IMG/VR virus record: IMGVR_UViG_3300030333_008334
Location: 48,741 to 112,740 of that record
Direction: 5' to 3' (one strand)
DNA: 64,000 nt
Source: a virus
The notes beneath the pieces are model-generated. The model was not told the DNA's origin, did not search any database, and saw only the letters and a list, made by a program, of their open reading frames with translations. The position numbers and the translations under genes are program-made. This document shows positions 19,283 through 30,937 of this stretch, piece after piece. Each line of letters begins with the position of its first letter. The first letter of the stretch is position 1.

Positions 19283-22200
19283 TTATAATTCATATTCAAC
19301 GCTTAATTTCGCAGTCTCAACCAAACTAAAGAAATCATAAGGCCAGTTATAATTATAACGCGATTGCAGCCTGACATCTTCGGAGACTGATGAGCCTCCA
19401 GCAAGATTACCAACGTTATCAACTTGAAATAGTGAAGAAACTTCATTTTTATTTTTCAGCTGTCTCATTGACATATTAGCGCGTTTTTTAACTTTAAAGA
19501 TCAACCATTTAACGCCACCGTATTGTTGTGTTGGCCCAAATATTTTTTTAAGCGTTTTGGAATTTTCGTTGATGTTTTCTTGACGATGATTGCCCGACCA
19601 TTGACCTTCGGCTATTTTTGTATTTAAATGGTCTAATCTTCCCCAGAATTCATAATTTGATCTGTCACCACTCATGGCATGGCTTAATACCGAAGCTTCT
19701 TTCTTCGCTCTCATTCCCGCATCAGGCAAAAGATTTTGCCATATATCTCCTAAGTCTTTGTTGTCTAATTGCCTAGAGAATTCATGTATATACATGATAA
19801 ATGGATCAATTCCATCTTCTTGATTATTCATAAATCTTTGACGCGTCAGAAGATATTTTTTGCCCGAAGGTAAATCTTTCGATCCTATTCCTCTATGATA
19901 AAAGTCTAATTCTGGTGGTATAACATATTGATCCATCATGTTTATCATTCTAGAAATACTAGTTTCTCCAATATCTTCGGCCGGGAACGTCAAATCCATT
20001 TTTGAATGCGCGTTTTTCGAACCCAAGACCTGGGAAGCCAAATCAACATGCACGGCCGGCTTTCCACTCGTAAAATTTTCGTATTGAGCGTAATACTCAT
20101 CTGGGTGAATTTTAATAAAGTGAATATTGACTCCATATTTTGTGAAAGGCGAGTATGTAACCCCGGGAAGTTCATTTTCTAAAAATGGAATTGCAACAAT
20201 AGCTTCTGTGACTGTCTTAGAGTTTGCAATTTGTCCAATATATTTAGATAACTCTTGCTCTTCGTCGGCGTTTGGACCATTTCTAAAGCCAGCCACATTT
20301 AACAATGATTCTTCTGGATTATTTGTAGCATCTGAAAGGGTAATTTTAACTCCTCTACGCGGGAATGAAACAACTGTTCCGTCGCTTAAAGTAGTAGTTT
20401 CATTTCCAAATCCATCAACATTATCAGTATTGGAATATCCCATCCAAATTGATCTTCCTGTTCTGTCGCTGAAGTATCCTTTATTAGCATTGTCTTTTTG
20501 CTGTTCGTGTGTTAAATCAGGTCTATGACGACCGGTGCCAACATAACTGCTTTCAGCTAAATTAATCACAGGGCATTCAAATTTAGTACTAATCTCCCAT
20601 ACCTTTTCTTTCTTCGTGCTACCGTCCGGGGCTTGAAAAAGCACTTCTTTAATCTTAAACAAATCTAGAGAAGACGAAACCTTCATTCTATGTTTGTAGG
20701 CAGTATGTCCTCTGGATCCAGTAGATGGACTACTAGAATCTAAAGTAAGAGCCACATCTTTAGCTAATACAGGAGTGCCGTCGTCGCGATAATATACCGG
20801 CCTGTCAAACAAATTATATTCTTCACTTACAGAATTTGTTTGAATATTGGTTATAATTTCTTCCAGTGTTGGAATAGCGGCTTGCATCGGAGCAGCTCCA
20901 AGAGCACCATCTACTTCAGCCACGAGGTTGCCTAATTGGCTACCGGCATCCGGTTGGTGGGTATAAGCCATCTTGTAAACTGCTTTTCCATAATAATACG
21001 GGGGAGTGTAAGGTGCATAACAAGGATCTGTTTCGTGACTTGTTAGATTATATAATTCGCCGCTTGTGCCATATGATGTGCCTTCTACATCTGGTTGAGC
21101 ACTGTCTGTAGCGATCAAAGTTGTAATTGATCCAGTGGCAGTTGGGCCGCCGGTCCAACTCTTGCCGTTAGATGCATCAGCTTTGTCACTCCATTTAAGC
21201 AATGCTGGTCCGAATATTGAGCCGCGGCGGGGCAGAGGTTGATATTGTGTCTGTCTGTCTGTAATTGGCACTAGTGGCTTTCTTGGCCCCTCTGCCATGA
21301 CAAATTCGCTGCCGGCTTGGGGACTTTCTGGGCTTGGACCTCCGGGGCGATATTGATCAAATATTTCGATAGATACATTCATTAAGTATGTGCGGTCTCT
21401 AACCATTGGCTTGATTTGTGAAGATCTTGCTGAAGTGAAGCTGGTTAGGCCAGAATTCTTCAAAAAGAAATTAGGAATTTCAGACAAGAAATTATTTGCG
21501 GCTTTTTCATAAAGTGGGCCGCGTTCGCCAGTCCAAGCAGCATAAAAAGAGCCAGCCATTTCTTTGCCTAACTTCGCATTTCCTTGGTCATCAGTACCGC
21601 ACATGTGCCATGTCGGTTCGGTATAATAAATTTTTGGTACCTCTCCGAGCCCTTCGGGCGGGGCGCTTGGAATATTACTTAAGTCATATAATGTCTCAAA
21701 AGGTAATCTATAATTTGGAGCGTCAATTAATATTGCGCCATCTGTGTGATCTTTAAGTTTTATACCGTCACCAATTTCTGTAACAAAATTTGTAACGGCC
21801 GGCTCTCTCTGATTGATATAGATTGGGTAATCAACTGCAACTCCTGATTTGATTGTGTTAAACATAATACCAGGGGCAAAGGTTGGCTGTAACATAGACT
21901 GCATTTTTCCGGCTTGATGTACGTCAATTAATGCCTGTTTCCATCCCTTGGCGCCTTCGTGTCCAGCAGCAGCTAAATCAAAAAGTCGAGTTGAGAAATG
22001 AACGCCATCTTTGAGGCCGTAGTTTAAACCGCGGTGAGGGTATGATGTTGTGCCTTTGCTACCCATTAGTTCATATGTAGGATGCGCACTAGCAGTAATA
22101 AATTCTGCGCCTCTTTCTACATATGTTCCAGCAGGAGTATAAGCTATGCCACCAGACACTGCGTCGCCGTGTTCCCATACCTCTTTACTATGGTGGTAAC

Positions 22201-25200
22201 CTAGATAAGTTTTCTTATTAACTGAAAGATTGTCTAAACTGCAGCTTAAGAACGGACCGATTGACTGCGAGAATAAAGTTGCTAACTGCATGGTTCTAGT
22301 AACAGGATAGAAACCATAATATGGCATTAATTTCGTAATCGCATCAAATCTTAAAGTGATGGCTCTTGGTCGGGCGCCGCCTCCGAGCGAAATATCTTCA
22401 CCAACTTTGTTATGCATATAGTCCATAGAATCTGATATGCAATAGCGCCTTAAGAATTGTTCTCTCATTACACCAGTATTTTTGTATTGCTCTGTTAAAA
22501 TTGAAGTGCCTGGGGGGAAATACAAGCTAGATGACATAGACCCTTGACCTCTTAAAGTAAACAGGCCCGGGTTTGGCTTTGTATAGTCAAAATTATATTG
22601 GGCGTATTCATCCATATTTTCTGACATATTAAACTCAGCTAAAACTCCATAATCTTTTCCAAACACCCTAACATCTTCTATATAATCTTCGTAAGAATCA
22701 TACCATGGATTTTTATTAGCAATCTTATTTGCACGATAATAAGGAGCGGTCTTGACATAGCCCAAGGCGCCTGAGAAATCTAATGTATTTGCAATATATT
22801 CTCCATTGCCGTTTGTGAAAGTATAGTGTTCGCCTATGATATTTGACTGAGAACTAACAATGGCGTGACCTAGCCTTCCTGCTTTATGAATTGTCTCTGC
22901 ACTGCCACTTTCTTTACCTGCGGGCGCGCCAGAAAAAGAAGAAGAAAGGCCGGCGACATTAAAATTATTGTAAGGATCTCTGAACAAGCACGGAGAAGCA
23001 TAAGGCCTACGATAGCCGCCTCTGAACATTGTATCAAAAGTTGGAGGCGGCATGTTTCTATATCCCTTCTGGCTCCATTCCGAGCCGCTATGAATTGTCA
23101 TATATGCAGTATTGTCACTTATACCGCCCATAGCCGCATAATTATGCCTGGCGCCGAAACTGTTGTTTGTATTTGTTTTCCAATTGTAAGCTCTAGAATT
23201 TATACTCGTTATTCTTCCTACAGTAGCAACACCGGGCTTGATTGTTCCTGTGCCAAAATTATCTACTCCAGCTGCTTTTCCAACATATGGATCCATAAAC
23301 GAAGCAGTGCCGCATGCCCAGTTTGCCGAGGCCCATGAAGTAAGAAAGTTCATCGATGGATCTTCCGCTAATTCTCCTTTCATTCCAAACGTGCCTGACG
23401 TAAAATGATTGCCAAAAGTTGAACCAGAAATAAGATTATAGCTGCCGCGGAAAGTATGAGCTTTGAAGTATTGCCCCGTGGGACTAACGGCGGAGCTGCT
23501 AGTATCGACATGATGTCTCAGCACACCTTCATTGTCTCCTTCTTGCGCAGGGGGCAATCCAGAGCCGGCAGGTCGTGGCAAAACGCTTGATCGATTTAGA
23601 GAATCTAGTTCAGCACTTGAAGAAAATATTACAAGCCAATCCTGTTTATAAGTTGGGCCGTAATAACCTCCCTGTGGGATTAGTGGGGTATCGCCATGAA
23701 AACGATTATTTGTTTCTAATATGCCGCCGTATTTGCCATCATCCAAAGGCCAGGCTGATAAAGGCATGTCCATAAACGTAGATCCAATACTGGGATTACA
23801 GAACGGCAAAACAGTACCGCCAAAATCCATATTTTCACTTGCTGAAACCACATGATTGGTTAGTCGACCTTGAGCGACTGAAACTGCATCACAGAAAGGC
23901 ATTGGCTTGCTTGGGTGGTAATCCATGAAATATGTACCATCAGACATTTTTGGGCCGCCAAAACGGCTAATACGCCAGCCCATTGAATTCGAAGCTGAAC
24001 CTTCAGTTCTTAATCGATCTGGACTGTCTATTGTATGGCGATTTTTCCAGAAAGTATTATGTGAAATTCTATCATAGCCTTTTTTACTGTGGCCTTCTAT
24101 TTCTGAATATTCTGTTCTTACTCTTGTTTTATTTAAATACGTATGTTGTGCGCGGGGCCAAACAGTTTCTGTGTATCGATGTTTAAATACACTAGTATCA
24201 TTTGCCATAACTTCGTATATTTTGTTTTCTGTTGACTCGTGATAATCATCGATTTCATCTAGTTGCAGTCTGGTATTTAATGCTTTATTGTCAAATTTAA
24301 CAAGATTATTAGCATATGAATAGACATATGTAAATCCGGATTTTTCCGCAACCATAGGCTTAAATTTAGAAGAAACTGGAGGTTCCGTATACTTGTGTAT
24401 TTTTAATCCGTCTGATTTAATCTTGCGATGCAAAAGAGATATCTCAGCCGCCAATGAGCCAAACTCTCTAGCTTTGTGCCAATCATAAGGCCTGGTATCG
24501 CCAATAACCCCTTCTTCTGTGGTCAGAGTAATAATATTACTTCTGCGTTGATGTCTAACGATTGGATGTTCCCCAGTTCTAATTTGTTTCCAAGAAGGAT
24601 AATGGTAAGGGCCATTTCTATGGTGAAGCAAGCTATTCAAAATGCTTCCCGGCATTTGACTGCTTACGACCGCATCATTAGATGCTTTCCCTACGTAACC
24701 TAGGTGAAAAGCTGTAGGGTATGGGTTTTTTAGGCTGCCGGCGGAGGTGCGCAAACTCGGGTCGACAAAGTGGCCCAAAGTATTGGCGCTGGAAGTTATT
24801 GGCTCGTGAATGTTAATATTTAAACCTATAAAATCATTAACAAAAAATCTAGCATTCAAAGGAGTCCCATCGGCTGTTACTCCTAGAACAGGATTAGTAA
24901 CATGCGTCGTGACGTATGATCCAATTTCGCTTGCAGATAAAAATGTAAATTGATGAGATGCAGTTGCATGGCCCCATGGAGCAGTTGGCTTGTTGCTGTT
25001 TGCGCTTGAGGCCAGTGCGTATACATGATTATAAGGCTGTTTTTGTTTTTGACTTAGAGATCTCCATATCCAATTATATTGAGTATCGCTTCTTGGAATT
25101 GTATGTTGCACAAGCCAGTTATCATTTTGTGTCTTATAGGAAGTTGCTTCTTGGCCATCATAATTGTACTCATAATCGGCTTGTGGATTATAAGGCCTTA

Positions 25201-28200
25201 AGTAACCACTTCCTGAAGTGTAAAGTCTATAGCCAGGATTTCTATTTATTTTGTGGTAAGAAGCAGTTAAGAAATATCCTGTGTCTCCGTAGCGAGAAAC
25301 TGGATTTTCAGCACCTGGGGCGGTATGAGTTGCGCCATCTCGCAGTCCAAATTTCTCACTGTGACGTACTAGAAGGCTAGCGGAACCATAGTTTGCTAAG
25401 AATCTTCTAGTTGCCCAGTTTCTCCACGGCAAAGCGTTGTATACAGAAAAAGTCTCAGAAGCCCTATCTAGATATCCCCTAGACAAAGTTGCGGGATCGC
25501 CTGGAGCGGAGAATCTTTCAGCAATGACTGTTTTGTTTCTGCTGCCATCTTTTAATTTTCCTCGATCGACTAATTGATAATCTTGGATGCCTAAGACTGC
25601 ATCTAATTTGGATAATTCATCAGTAACACCGCCTTCTCCGTCGACACCTTCACGAATCCATAGGTTGTTGACATTTCTACCTGAAGTTTGTACAACTTGG
25701 TAGTTATGTTCATAATTACCTATAATTGTTGGTAGCTTTTGATGACCTTTTTGTTCCTCAACCACAACCTCGCCATTGTTTTTCGCAACAGCACCCGGCA
25801 ATTCGGTCGCGGCCTGATGCTTGATATTTCTAATATTAACCGGTCGTTTCGCGTATTCATCTCGATACATTGTTGCGCGGGGGCGATCTAAGTTTATAAC
25901 CAGTCCAGAATTAGCATCGTATCTAAGCATTTTTTTATAGTTAATGTCGTATAATGACATTTCTGCGTTTTCAGTTACAAAGGCAGTTAAATTGATATTA
26001 TCAATCGCAACATAGCCCAAATATCCATAAGCAGGATGTCCAAAATTAACAAATCTTATGTGAAAACTGGTACCTATGTAAGAGGTCAAATCAACAGTCG
26101 CTTGACGCCATGCAGAGCCTTGGGCACCTAATAAAGAAGTTGCGCTGACGCCATTCCAACTAGTTGTCAAGGTTGTATAAGTAGATTTATCTGCTGTGTG
26201 CTGTAGTAAGAGTTCACCAGGATTTGGCCCTATCATTAAATAGAAAAATGTCAACTTTGGCCCGGGTGTTTTAGCGGGATCAACATTCGTTAAATCAATC
26301 TTCGGCGTTGTAAACTGAAACTCTCTTACGTTACTATAGTTTGTTGTTTGCTCAATGGTAGTTGCCGGTGGAATAATCGTTGTGCCATGGCCAGCATTGC
26401 CGACAATAACCGCAGTGGTATAATTTTCTGGAGTTACTAGCATTCGATAGCCATTTTGAGACGAATAGCTCGTTCCGCCGTGAATAAAGTTATTTTTTAA
26501 ATTAAAACCAAAGGAAGGAATTCCTGCTCCGGGGCCTCCATAATCTATATACTTTTCAGATGAATTTGTTTTTGGACGATTATCAAAACCGCTGTCAGCG
26601 TTAAATTCAGTCACTGAACTATAGCCATCAAAATCTTCTTTCAAAAGATTGACAAGTGTTGTGTTGTTATATGGCTTTCTAAGATACCAGCCCTCTGGGC
26701 GTGTGGCTTCGGTATCAATACCGCGAATAGAAGAACTGTAATTTATATCAATATGTCGATATTGTAAACCACCGACATATTTTTCAGTAAATGGGCCTTG
26801 CATTGGCGCCTCATTTCCAATAGTATATTTATCTTCATGAATATTCGTTATATCTATCCTAGAGGCAGTAACAAATGAAGCATAGCCTCCTTCTCCCAAA
26901 GAAGAAGAATATACAGCGAATGGAACAATTAAATTAGCTTTTGATTTACCATAAGAATCTTGTGTATTTGTATCTGTAGAAACTCCTTTGCTAAAGACTT
27001 CGGCAGTTCCTTTTATCTTTACCTTATTGTTTAAAGTCTTATCATCTTTACATACTGGATATTGTGATGAATCTTTCTTAATTGTAATAAAGGATGTTCC
27101 GTCTTTAAATTTAATTGCTTGTCGATGATATCCAAAAAGATTATTTGAGTCTTTATTAGACCCACCATCTAAATGCTTAGAAGTGTCAATAGCGAACTTA
27201 TAAGGCTTAGACAATCTTCGAAGAGCATATGTTGACCCTTTATATGTTACGCCGGCGGCGTCTTTTCTGCGAGGACCTGAAGCACTGTTTTCTGTTGTTA
27301 CAACATCTTTTATAGTATTTCGTTGGCTGTCGACTGTTGTGTTGCCAGAAGTTAATGCAGCTGAATCTCTTTCGGCGCGCTCTGAAAACCACAGACAGCC
27401 TTTGTCTTGACCCAAGGAAGAGGTAGCATGACCAAATTTCCAATTATAGGTAAGTTCATTAATACCAAAAATCTTACCCTCGGGTGGGTCTTGGTTCATC
27501 TCTAGAGTTGGAAACTTATTCCAGTATTTGTTTCTTTCCAGAACATGACTTTCGATCATGTTTCTTAAACTATCACTCACGTTAGCAGATGCCGGCAGCA
27601 AATCGTGGATCATGCTTATAATTGCTGAATCAAACCACTTGTAATAATTTAAATATTTCTCTATATCTGGAGTGTTTTGAACTTTTTCAAAGAAAAGCTG
27701 GCGAAGCTTGGCCATCTCTTTGTAGTCTTGTCGGTATCTATTGACAGGATCGCCAATCACATTGTTGAAATACTCTACAGTATCAAAGAAGTTTATCATC
27801 TCTTGAGAGATCGTTTGATACATACTTTTCTCTAGAGCAACATAATATTGAATTGGTCGACTTTCTCTTGTGAATACATCATCATCTTGAGAGACAATGT
27901 TAATCATATCATCAGAATTGATTAATTCCGGCAATTGTTTTTTTGCAGCTGGAATATAAAATTTATCAACAATCTTATTGCTGCTGGTTACAAAGAACTG
28001 TCCTTTGGCGTCATGTTGCTTATCAACAATATTGGCAAACAAAGTTGGATATCTAGATCTATAATTATTTGAACCTGAAGAATAGTCAACCACATGAAAC
28101 GTTCCGTCAGCAGCCGAAGAAGTTACGTTTTCAAAATCCCAATTTAATATTAAAGTCTCTATTGGTCGAATTCTAGATCCAGACATCTGTGTCTGGCTAA

Positions 28201-30937
28201 AAAGAGAATTTCCATAATCGTGAGGACGTCCAAAGTTTGCGGGATCTAGAGCATGCGCCTTCACAGACCCTGTTGTAAGATGGTCTAGCCAGGCACGTAC
28301 ATGGCCTATTTTCACGTCGGAAGAGATTAGGGTACTTCCGGTAAAGTCTAAGCGTTGGGCGCCGGCATACATCCTTTTCGGGGCCGATACGAACTTTCTA
28401 CCAGATTGATAATCCAAGCTCTTTGTAAGGTGGAATTCGTTGATAATATGTCCCAATTCTCTGTTGACGCCATAAAATTCTAATTTATAGCCAGTAGTTG
28501 CGTCAATAGATCCAGAGGAGCCAGATACCAAGTCGATATATTTCTTTTCAGGGCTAACTGAGACTGCAAAATTCCATTTTGAGTTATCGTAGACTTCATT
28601 AAAATAACCAGAGGATAGTGTCACAGATCCACTTAGATCAACAGCGAAACGTGCATCAAAAGGATTAGTCTGACTCTTTACAGAGTAAACTTTAAACTGC
28701 GCGTGATCATTTGCCGAAGTGGCTCCGTCCATCCACTTGATAGTAGTTGCACTATTATTATCGACCTGTCGAGCACCAAAAATAGAACTTGTGCCTAGAA
28801 TTGGCACTTCTCCAAAAATTTTATTATTTGTAACTTTTTTTGGAAAAATAGCTTCGGCTTCCGCAGAGAAAGAAAAACCATGTAAATATTCATCATTGAA
28901 AATATTTGTACCACTAATAAAGTTAACAGAATTAGGATTGGATGCATCAGTGCTTTGGTAAACTGTTGCGTCAAAAGCAGTTTGATTTAATGGTGCTTTA
29001 AAAATAAAGTCATTAAAGTCAACATATTTGTTGTCAACTGAAAGTTCTCTATAATTGTCCTCAAACAGATAAGTTGTATTATCCCCATATAGATTTATTT
29101 TAATCAACTCATCGTCGATCCCAAAACATCTTAAAACATTACGTAAGGATCTTTCTGTTCCTTTTGATTTATAAATTGGCGTTAGATTATTATATATATT
29201 TTGATATATAAAGTTCTTAAGCTCTTCTAGCTTCATTCCGAAAGATGCACTTTCATTACGATCGTAAAACCTTTCCAAGGCTGTTACGTCTGTAAAAATT
29301 TGTGAAGTATCAAAACCGTAGGAATGCAAAAGTTTTTCAGTAAAAGGTTTTGGCTTATCAGTAAAAGTAGCTCCTAGGCTGCTGCTAGGATATCCTAGAT
29401 TTTTTAATTTAGGCACTTCATCGATTTGAAGCTGAACAGTGTCAAAATGACTGGCCAATATTTGTGTTAACTTTTTCAGTACTTCTGAGCCACCTATTGT
29501 AGGATCGGTATCGCCTTCTATAATCCAGGAAGGCAAAGTATTGAAAATAGCAGAATTATTTTCTTGATCCCACTCTTTACCTTCTTGCACTTTTCTTGCA
29601 TAGTAAGAACTAACACTTGGATGACTTGAATATATAATAGGATCTTTATATTCAGAAGTAACATGTCCAGATTCTACCATCGCAGATTCTGTGTGTCGTG
29701 AACCTGCTTGATATCCAACCCAATTTCCGTTTGATATTCTACCAGAATAATCTAATACAACAGAGTCTTTAGTTGAATTTCCAACAACACCTTCATTAAA
29801 TTTAAAGTATACGCCCAGATTCACATTAGAAGTGTCTGTGTTGGTGCCGCCTCCAACTTGAAATTTCCAAAACCGTCTAATTTCTTTTGGAGTCCTGGCT
29901 GTCTTCCAAAAGCGAAATTCATCCAAGGAAGCAGAAAGTGTATTCCATCCTAAATCGCCAATCGCTCCACTAACTGCGGCTTGAGCACCAATCGTAGCAA
30001 AGTTTCCATTGAATTGTCCAAAAGTTTTGCTGCTTTTTATTTCAGACTTTTGTACACCATCAGTAAAAAGTCTAACACGTGTTTGATTACTTTCTTCATC
30101 AAAAACAAAAGCATAATGATGCCAAGTTGAATCTTTGAAATCAGCCAACCCAGAAGCAATTGGTAATTCAAAATTATCATGTGCGGGGCCTGAACCAGAG
30201 TGACACATAATATAGAAATTAGCATCGGCCGACGACAGACTAATTCGCAAACGACCATTATCCCACGCTGGATTTCCGTCAATAGAGCTACTAGTCCATA
30301 AGTCGAATATTGTCTCTTTAAGAACTCCTGGGGATGAAGAATGGTCAGCAGCCCAGCCAGTCTTTTTCATCCAAAATTCAATTGTGTTTCCACGAGTTGC
30401 AAAATCTACTTTTAGATTACTATCACGATTTGATCCAGTGTGCCAAATATTTGCTTTACTTAACTTAATATCATCTTTATAAGTGTAAGCACCTTGAGGA
30501 CCATGAGGGCCGCCTTTAACTAAAATATATTCTGGATTGTTATTTTGCCAGTTTTGCGATGAAATGCTTGATGCATTAATAGAGAAATTTTTACCAATCT
30601 CAACATATCCATTTGTTCTTGGGTATTCTTTTTCAAAAATAAATCTCTGTAAAAAAGACCCAGTGTTGTGCCAAGATATTTTTTCTTTTAATGAGCCGTC
30701 ATATGGAAAAGTTTTATAAATATTGCTAATAGTATCGGCATAGTACATTTCTGCCGAGCCATATCTTGCAAATGCTTGTGGCTTGGTAAAATCTACATTA
30801 GGAAAAAATCTTTCAGTATCTTTTTTATATTCCGCAACAAAGCTGGCAGATTCCATGCCATCATCTAGAAGGTTATCTAGTGTTTTGGAAGAAATGATTT
30901 TTCCACCATTTTTATTAAAATAATCTTTAACGCTCAT
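19283..30937 (-). CDS. Giant (3884 aa) baseplate/adhesin protein with LamG-like, gp7/P2 gpI-like and MAM-like domains
   Basis: TIEFWMK...WHHYAFV...SLDEFRFW (LamG); IYKSKGTERSLRNVLRCFGI (wedge-type KGT motif); LTFFYLMIG...GAQGSAWRQATVDL...VAIDNINL (MAM). Confidence 0.75.
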   Translation of the reverse strand: MSVKDYFNKNGGKIISSKTLDNLLDDGMESASFVAEYKKDTERFFPNVDFTKPQAFARYGSAEMYYADTISNIYKTFPYDGSLKEKISWHNTGSFLQRFIFEKEYPRTNGYVEIGKNFSINASSISSQNWQNNNPEYILVKGGPHGPQGAYTYKDDIKLSKANIWHTGSNRDSNLKVDFATRGNTIEFWMKKTGWAADHSSSPGVLKETIFDLWTSSSIDGNPAWDNGRLRISLSSADANFYIMCHSGSGPAHDNFELPIASGLADFKDSTWHHYAFVFDEESNQTRVRLFTDGVQKSEIKSSKTFGQFNGNFATIGAQAAVSGAIGDLGWNTLSASLDEFRFWKTARTPKEIRRFWKFQVGGGTNTDTSNVNLGVYFKFNEGVVGNSTKDSVVLDYSGRISNGNWVGYQAGSRHTESAMVESGHVTSEYKDPIIYSSHPSVSSYYARKVQEGKEWDQENNSAIFNTLPSWIIEGDTDPTIGGSEVLKKLTQILASHFDTVQLQIDEVPKLKNLGYPSSSLGATFTDKPKPFTEKLLHSYGFDTSQIFTDVTALERFYDRNESASFGMKLEELKNFIYQNIYNNLTPIYKSKGTERSLRNVLRCFGIDDELIKINLYGDNTTYLFEDNYRELSVDNKYVDFNDFIFKAPLNQTAFDATVYQSTDASNPNSVNFISGTNIFNDEYLHGFSFSAEAEAIFPKKVTNNKIFGEVPILGTSSIFGARQVDNNSATTIKWMDGATSANDHAQFKVYSVKSQTNPFDARFAVDLSGSVTLSSGYFNEVYDNSKWNFAVSVSPEKKYIDLVSGSSGSIDATTGYKLEFYGVNRELGHIINEFHLTKSLDYQSGRKFVSAPKRMYAGAQRLDFTGSTLISSDVKIGHVRAWLDHLTTGSVKAHALDPANFGRPHDYGNSLFSQTQMSGSRIRPIETLILNWDFENVTSSAADGTFHVVDYSSGSNNYRSRYPTLFANIVDKQHDAKGQFFVTSSNKIVDKFYIPAAKKQLPELINSDDMINIVSQDDDVFTRESRPIQYYVALEKSMYQTISQEMINFFDTVEYFNNVIGDPVNRYRQDYKEMAKLRQLFFEKVQNTPDIEKYLNYYKWFDSAIISMIHDLLPASANVSDSLRNMIESHVLERNKYWNKFPTLEMNQDPPEGKIFGINELTYNWKFGHATSSLGQDKGCLWFSERAERDSAALTSGNTTVDSQRNTIKDVVTTENSASGPRRKDAAGVTYKGSTYALRRLSKPYKFAIDTSKHLDGGSNKDSNNLFGYHRQAIKFKDGTSFITIKKDSSQYPVCKDDKTLNNKVKIKGTAEVFSKGVSTDTNTQDSYGKSKANLIVPFAVYSSSLGEGGYASFVTASRIDITNIHEDKYTIGNEAPMQGPFTEKYVGGLQYRHIDINYSSSIRGIDTEATRPEGWYLRKPYNNTTLVNLLKEDFDGYSSVTEFNADSGFDNRPKTNSSEKYIDYGGPGAGIPSFGFNLKNNFIHGGTSYSSQNGYRMLVTPENYTTAVIVGNAGHGTTIIPPATTIEQTTNYSNVREFQFTTPKIDLTNVDPAKTPGPKLTFFYLMIGPNPGELLLQHTADKSTYTTLTTSWNGVSATSLLGAQGSAWRQATVDLTSYIGTSFHIRFVNFGHPAYGYLGYVAIDNINLTAFVTENAEMSLYDINYKKMLRYDANSGLVINLDRPRATMYRDEYAKRPVNIRNIKHQAATELPGAVAKNNGEVVVEEQKGHQKLPTIIGNYEHNYQVVQTSGRNVNNLWIREGVDGEGGVTDELSKLDAVLGIQDYQLVDRGKLKDGSRNKTVIAERFSAPGDPATLSRGYLDRASETFSVYNALPWRNWATRRFLANYGSASLLVRHSEKFGLRDGATHTAPGAENPVSRYGDTGYFLTASYHKINRNPGYRLYTSGSGYLRPYNPQADYEYNYDGQEATSYKTQNDNWLVQHTIPRSDTQYNWIWRSLSQKQKQPYNHVYALASSANSNKPTAPWGHATASHQFTFLSASEIGSYVTTHVTNPVLGVTADGTPLNARFFVNDFIGLNINIHEPITSSANTLGHFVDPSLRTSAGSLKNPYPTAFHLGYVGKASNDAVVSSQMPGSILNSLLHHRNGPYHYPSWKQIRTGEHPIVRHQRRSNIITLTTEEGVIGDTRPYDWHKAREFGSLAAEISLLHRKIKSDGLKIHKYTEPPVSSKFKPMVAEKSGFTYVYSYANNLVKFDNKALNTRLQLDEIDDYHESTENKIYEVMANDTSVFKHRYTETVWPRAQHTYLNKTRVRTEYSEIEGHSKKGYDRISHNTFWKNRHTIDSPDRLRTEGSASNSMGWRISRFGGPKMSDGTYFMDYHPSKPMPFCDAVSVAQGRLTNHVVSASENMDFGGTVLPFCNPSIGSTFMDMPLSAWPLDDGKYGGILETNNRFHGDTPLIPQGGYYGPTYKQDWLVIFSSSAELDSLNRSSVLPRPAGSGLPPAQEGDNEGVLRHHVDTSSSAVSPTGQYFKAHTFRGSYNLISGSTFGNHFTSGTFGMKGELAEDPSMNFLTSWASANWACGTASFMDPYVGKAAGVDNFGTGTIKPGVATVGRITSINSRAYNWKTNTNNSFGARHNYAAMGGISDNTAYMTIHSGSEWSQKGYRNMPPPTFDTMFRGGYRRPYASPCLFRDPYNNFNVAGLSSSFSGAPAGKESGSAETIHKAGRLGHAIVSSQSNIIGEHYTFTNGNGEYIANTLDFSGALGYVKTAPYYRANKIANKNPWYDSYEDYIEDVRVFGKDYGVLAEFNMSENMDEYAQYNFDYTKPNPGLFTLRGQGSMSSSLYFPPGTSILTEQYKNTGVMREQFLRRYCISDSMDYMHNKVGEDISLGGGARPRAITLRFDAITKLMPYYGFYPVTRTMQLATLFSQSIGPFLSCSLDNLSVNKKTYLGYHHSKEVWEHGDAVSGGIAYTPAGTYVERGAEFITASAHPTYELMGSKGTTSYPHRGLNYGLKDGVHFSTRLFDLAAAGHEGAKGWKQALIDVHQAGKMQSMLQPTFAPGIMFNTIKSGVAVDYPIYINQREPAVTNFVTEIGDGIKLKDHTDGAILIDAPNYRLPFETLYDLSNIPSAPPEGLGEVPKIYYTEPTWHMCGTDDQGNAKLGKEMAGSFYAAWTGERGPLYEKAANNFLSEIPNFFLKNSGLTSFTSARSSQIKPMVRDRTYLMNVSIEIFDQYRPGGPSPESPQAGSEFVMAEGPRKPLVPITDRQTQYQPLPRRGSIFGPALLKWSDKADASNGKSWTGGPTATGSITTLIATDSAQPDVEGTSYGTSGELYNLTSHETDPCYAPYTPPYYYGKAVYKMAYTHQPDAGSQLGNLVAEVDGALGAAPMQAAIPTLEEIITNIQTNSVSEEYNLFDRPVYYRDDGTPVLAKDVALTLDSSSPSTGSRGHTAYKHRMKVSSSLDLFKIKEVLFQAPDGSTKKEKVWEISTKFECPVINLAESSYVGTGRHRPDLTHEQQKDNANKGYFSDRTGRSIWMGYSNTDNVDGFGNETTTLSDGTVVSFPRRGVKITLSDATNNPEESLLNVAGFRNGPNADEEQELSKYIGQIANSKTVTEAIVAIPFLENELPGVTYSPFTKYGVNIHFIKIHPDEYYAQYENFTSGKPAVHVDLASQVLGSKNAHSKMDLTFPAEDIGETSISRMINMMDQYVIPPELDFYHRGIGSKDLPSGKKYLLTRQRFMNNQEDGIDPFIMYIHEFSRQLDNKDLGDIWQNLLPDAGMRAKKEASVLSHAMSGDRSNYEFWGRLDHLNTKIAEGQWSGNHRQENINENSKTLKKIFGPTQQYGGVKWLIFKVKKRANMSMRQLKNKNEVSSLFQVDNVGNLAGGSSVSEDVRLQSRYNYNWPYDFFSLVETAKLSVEYEL

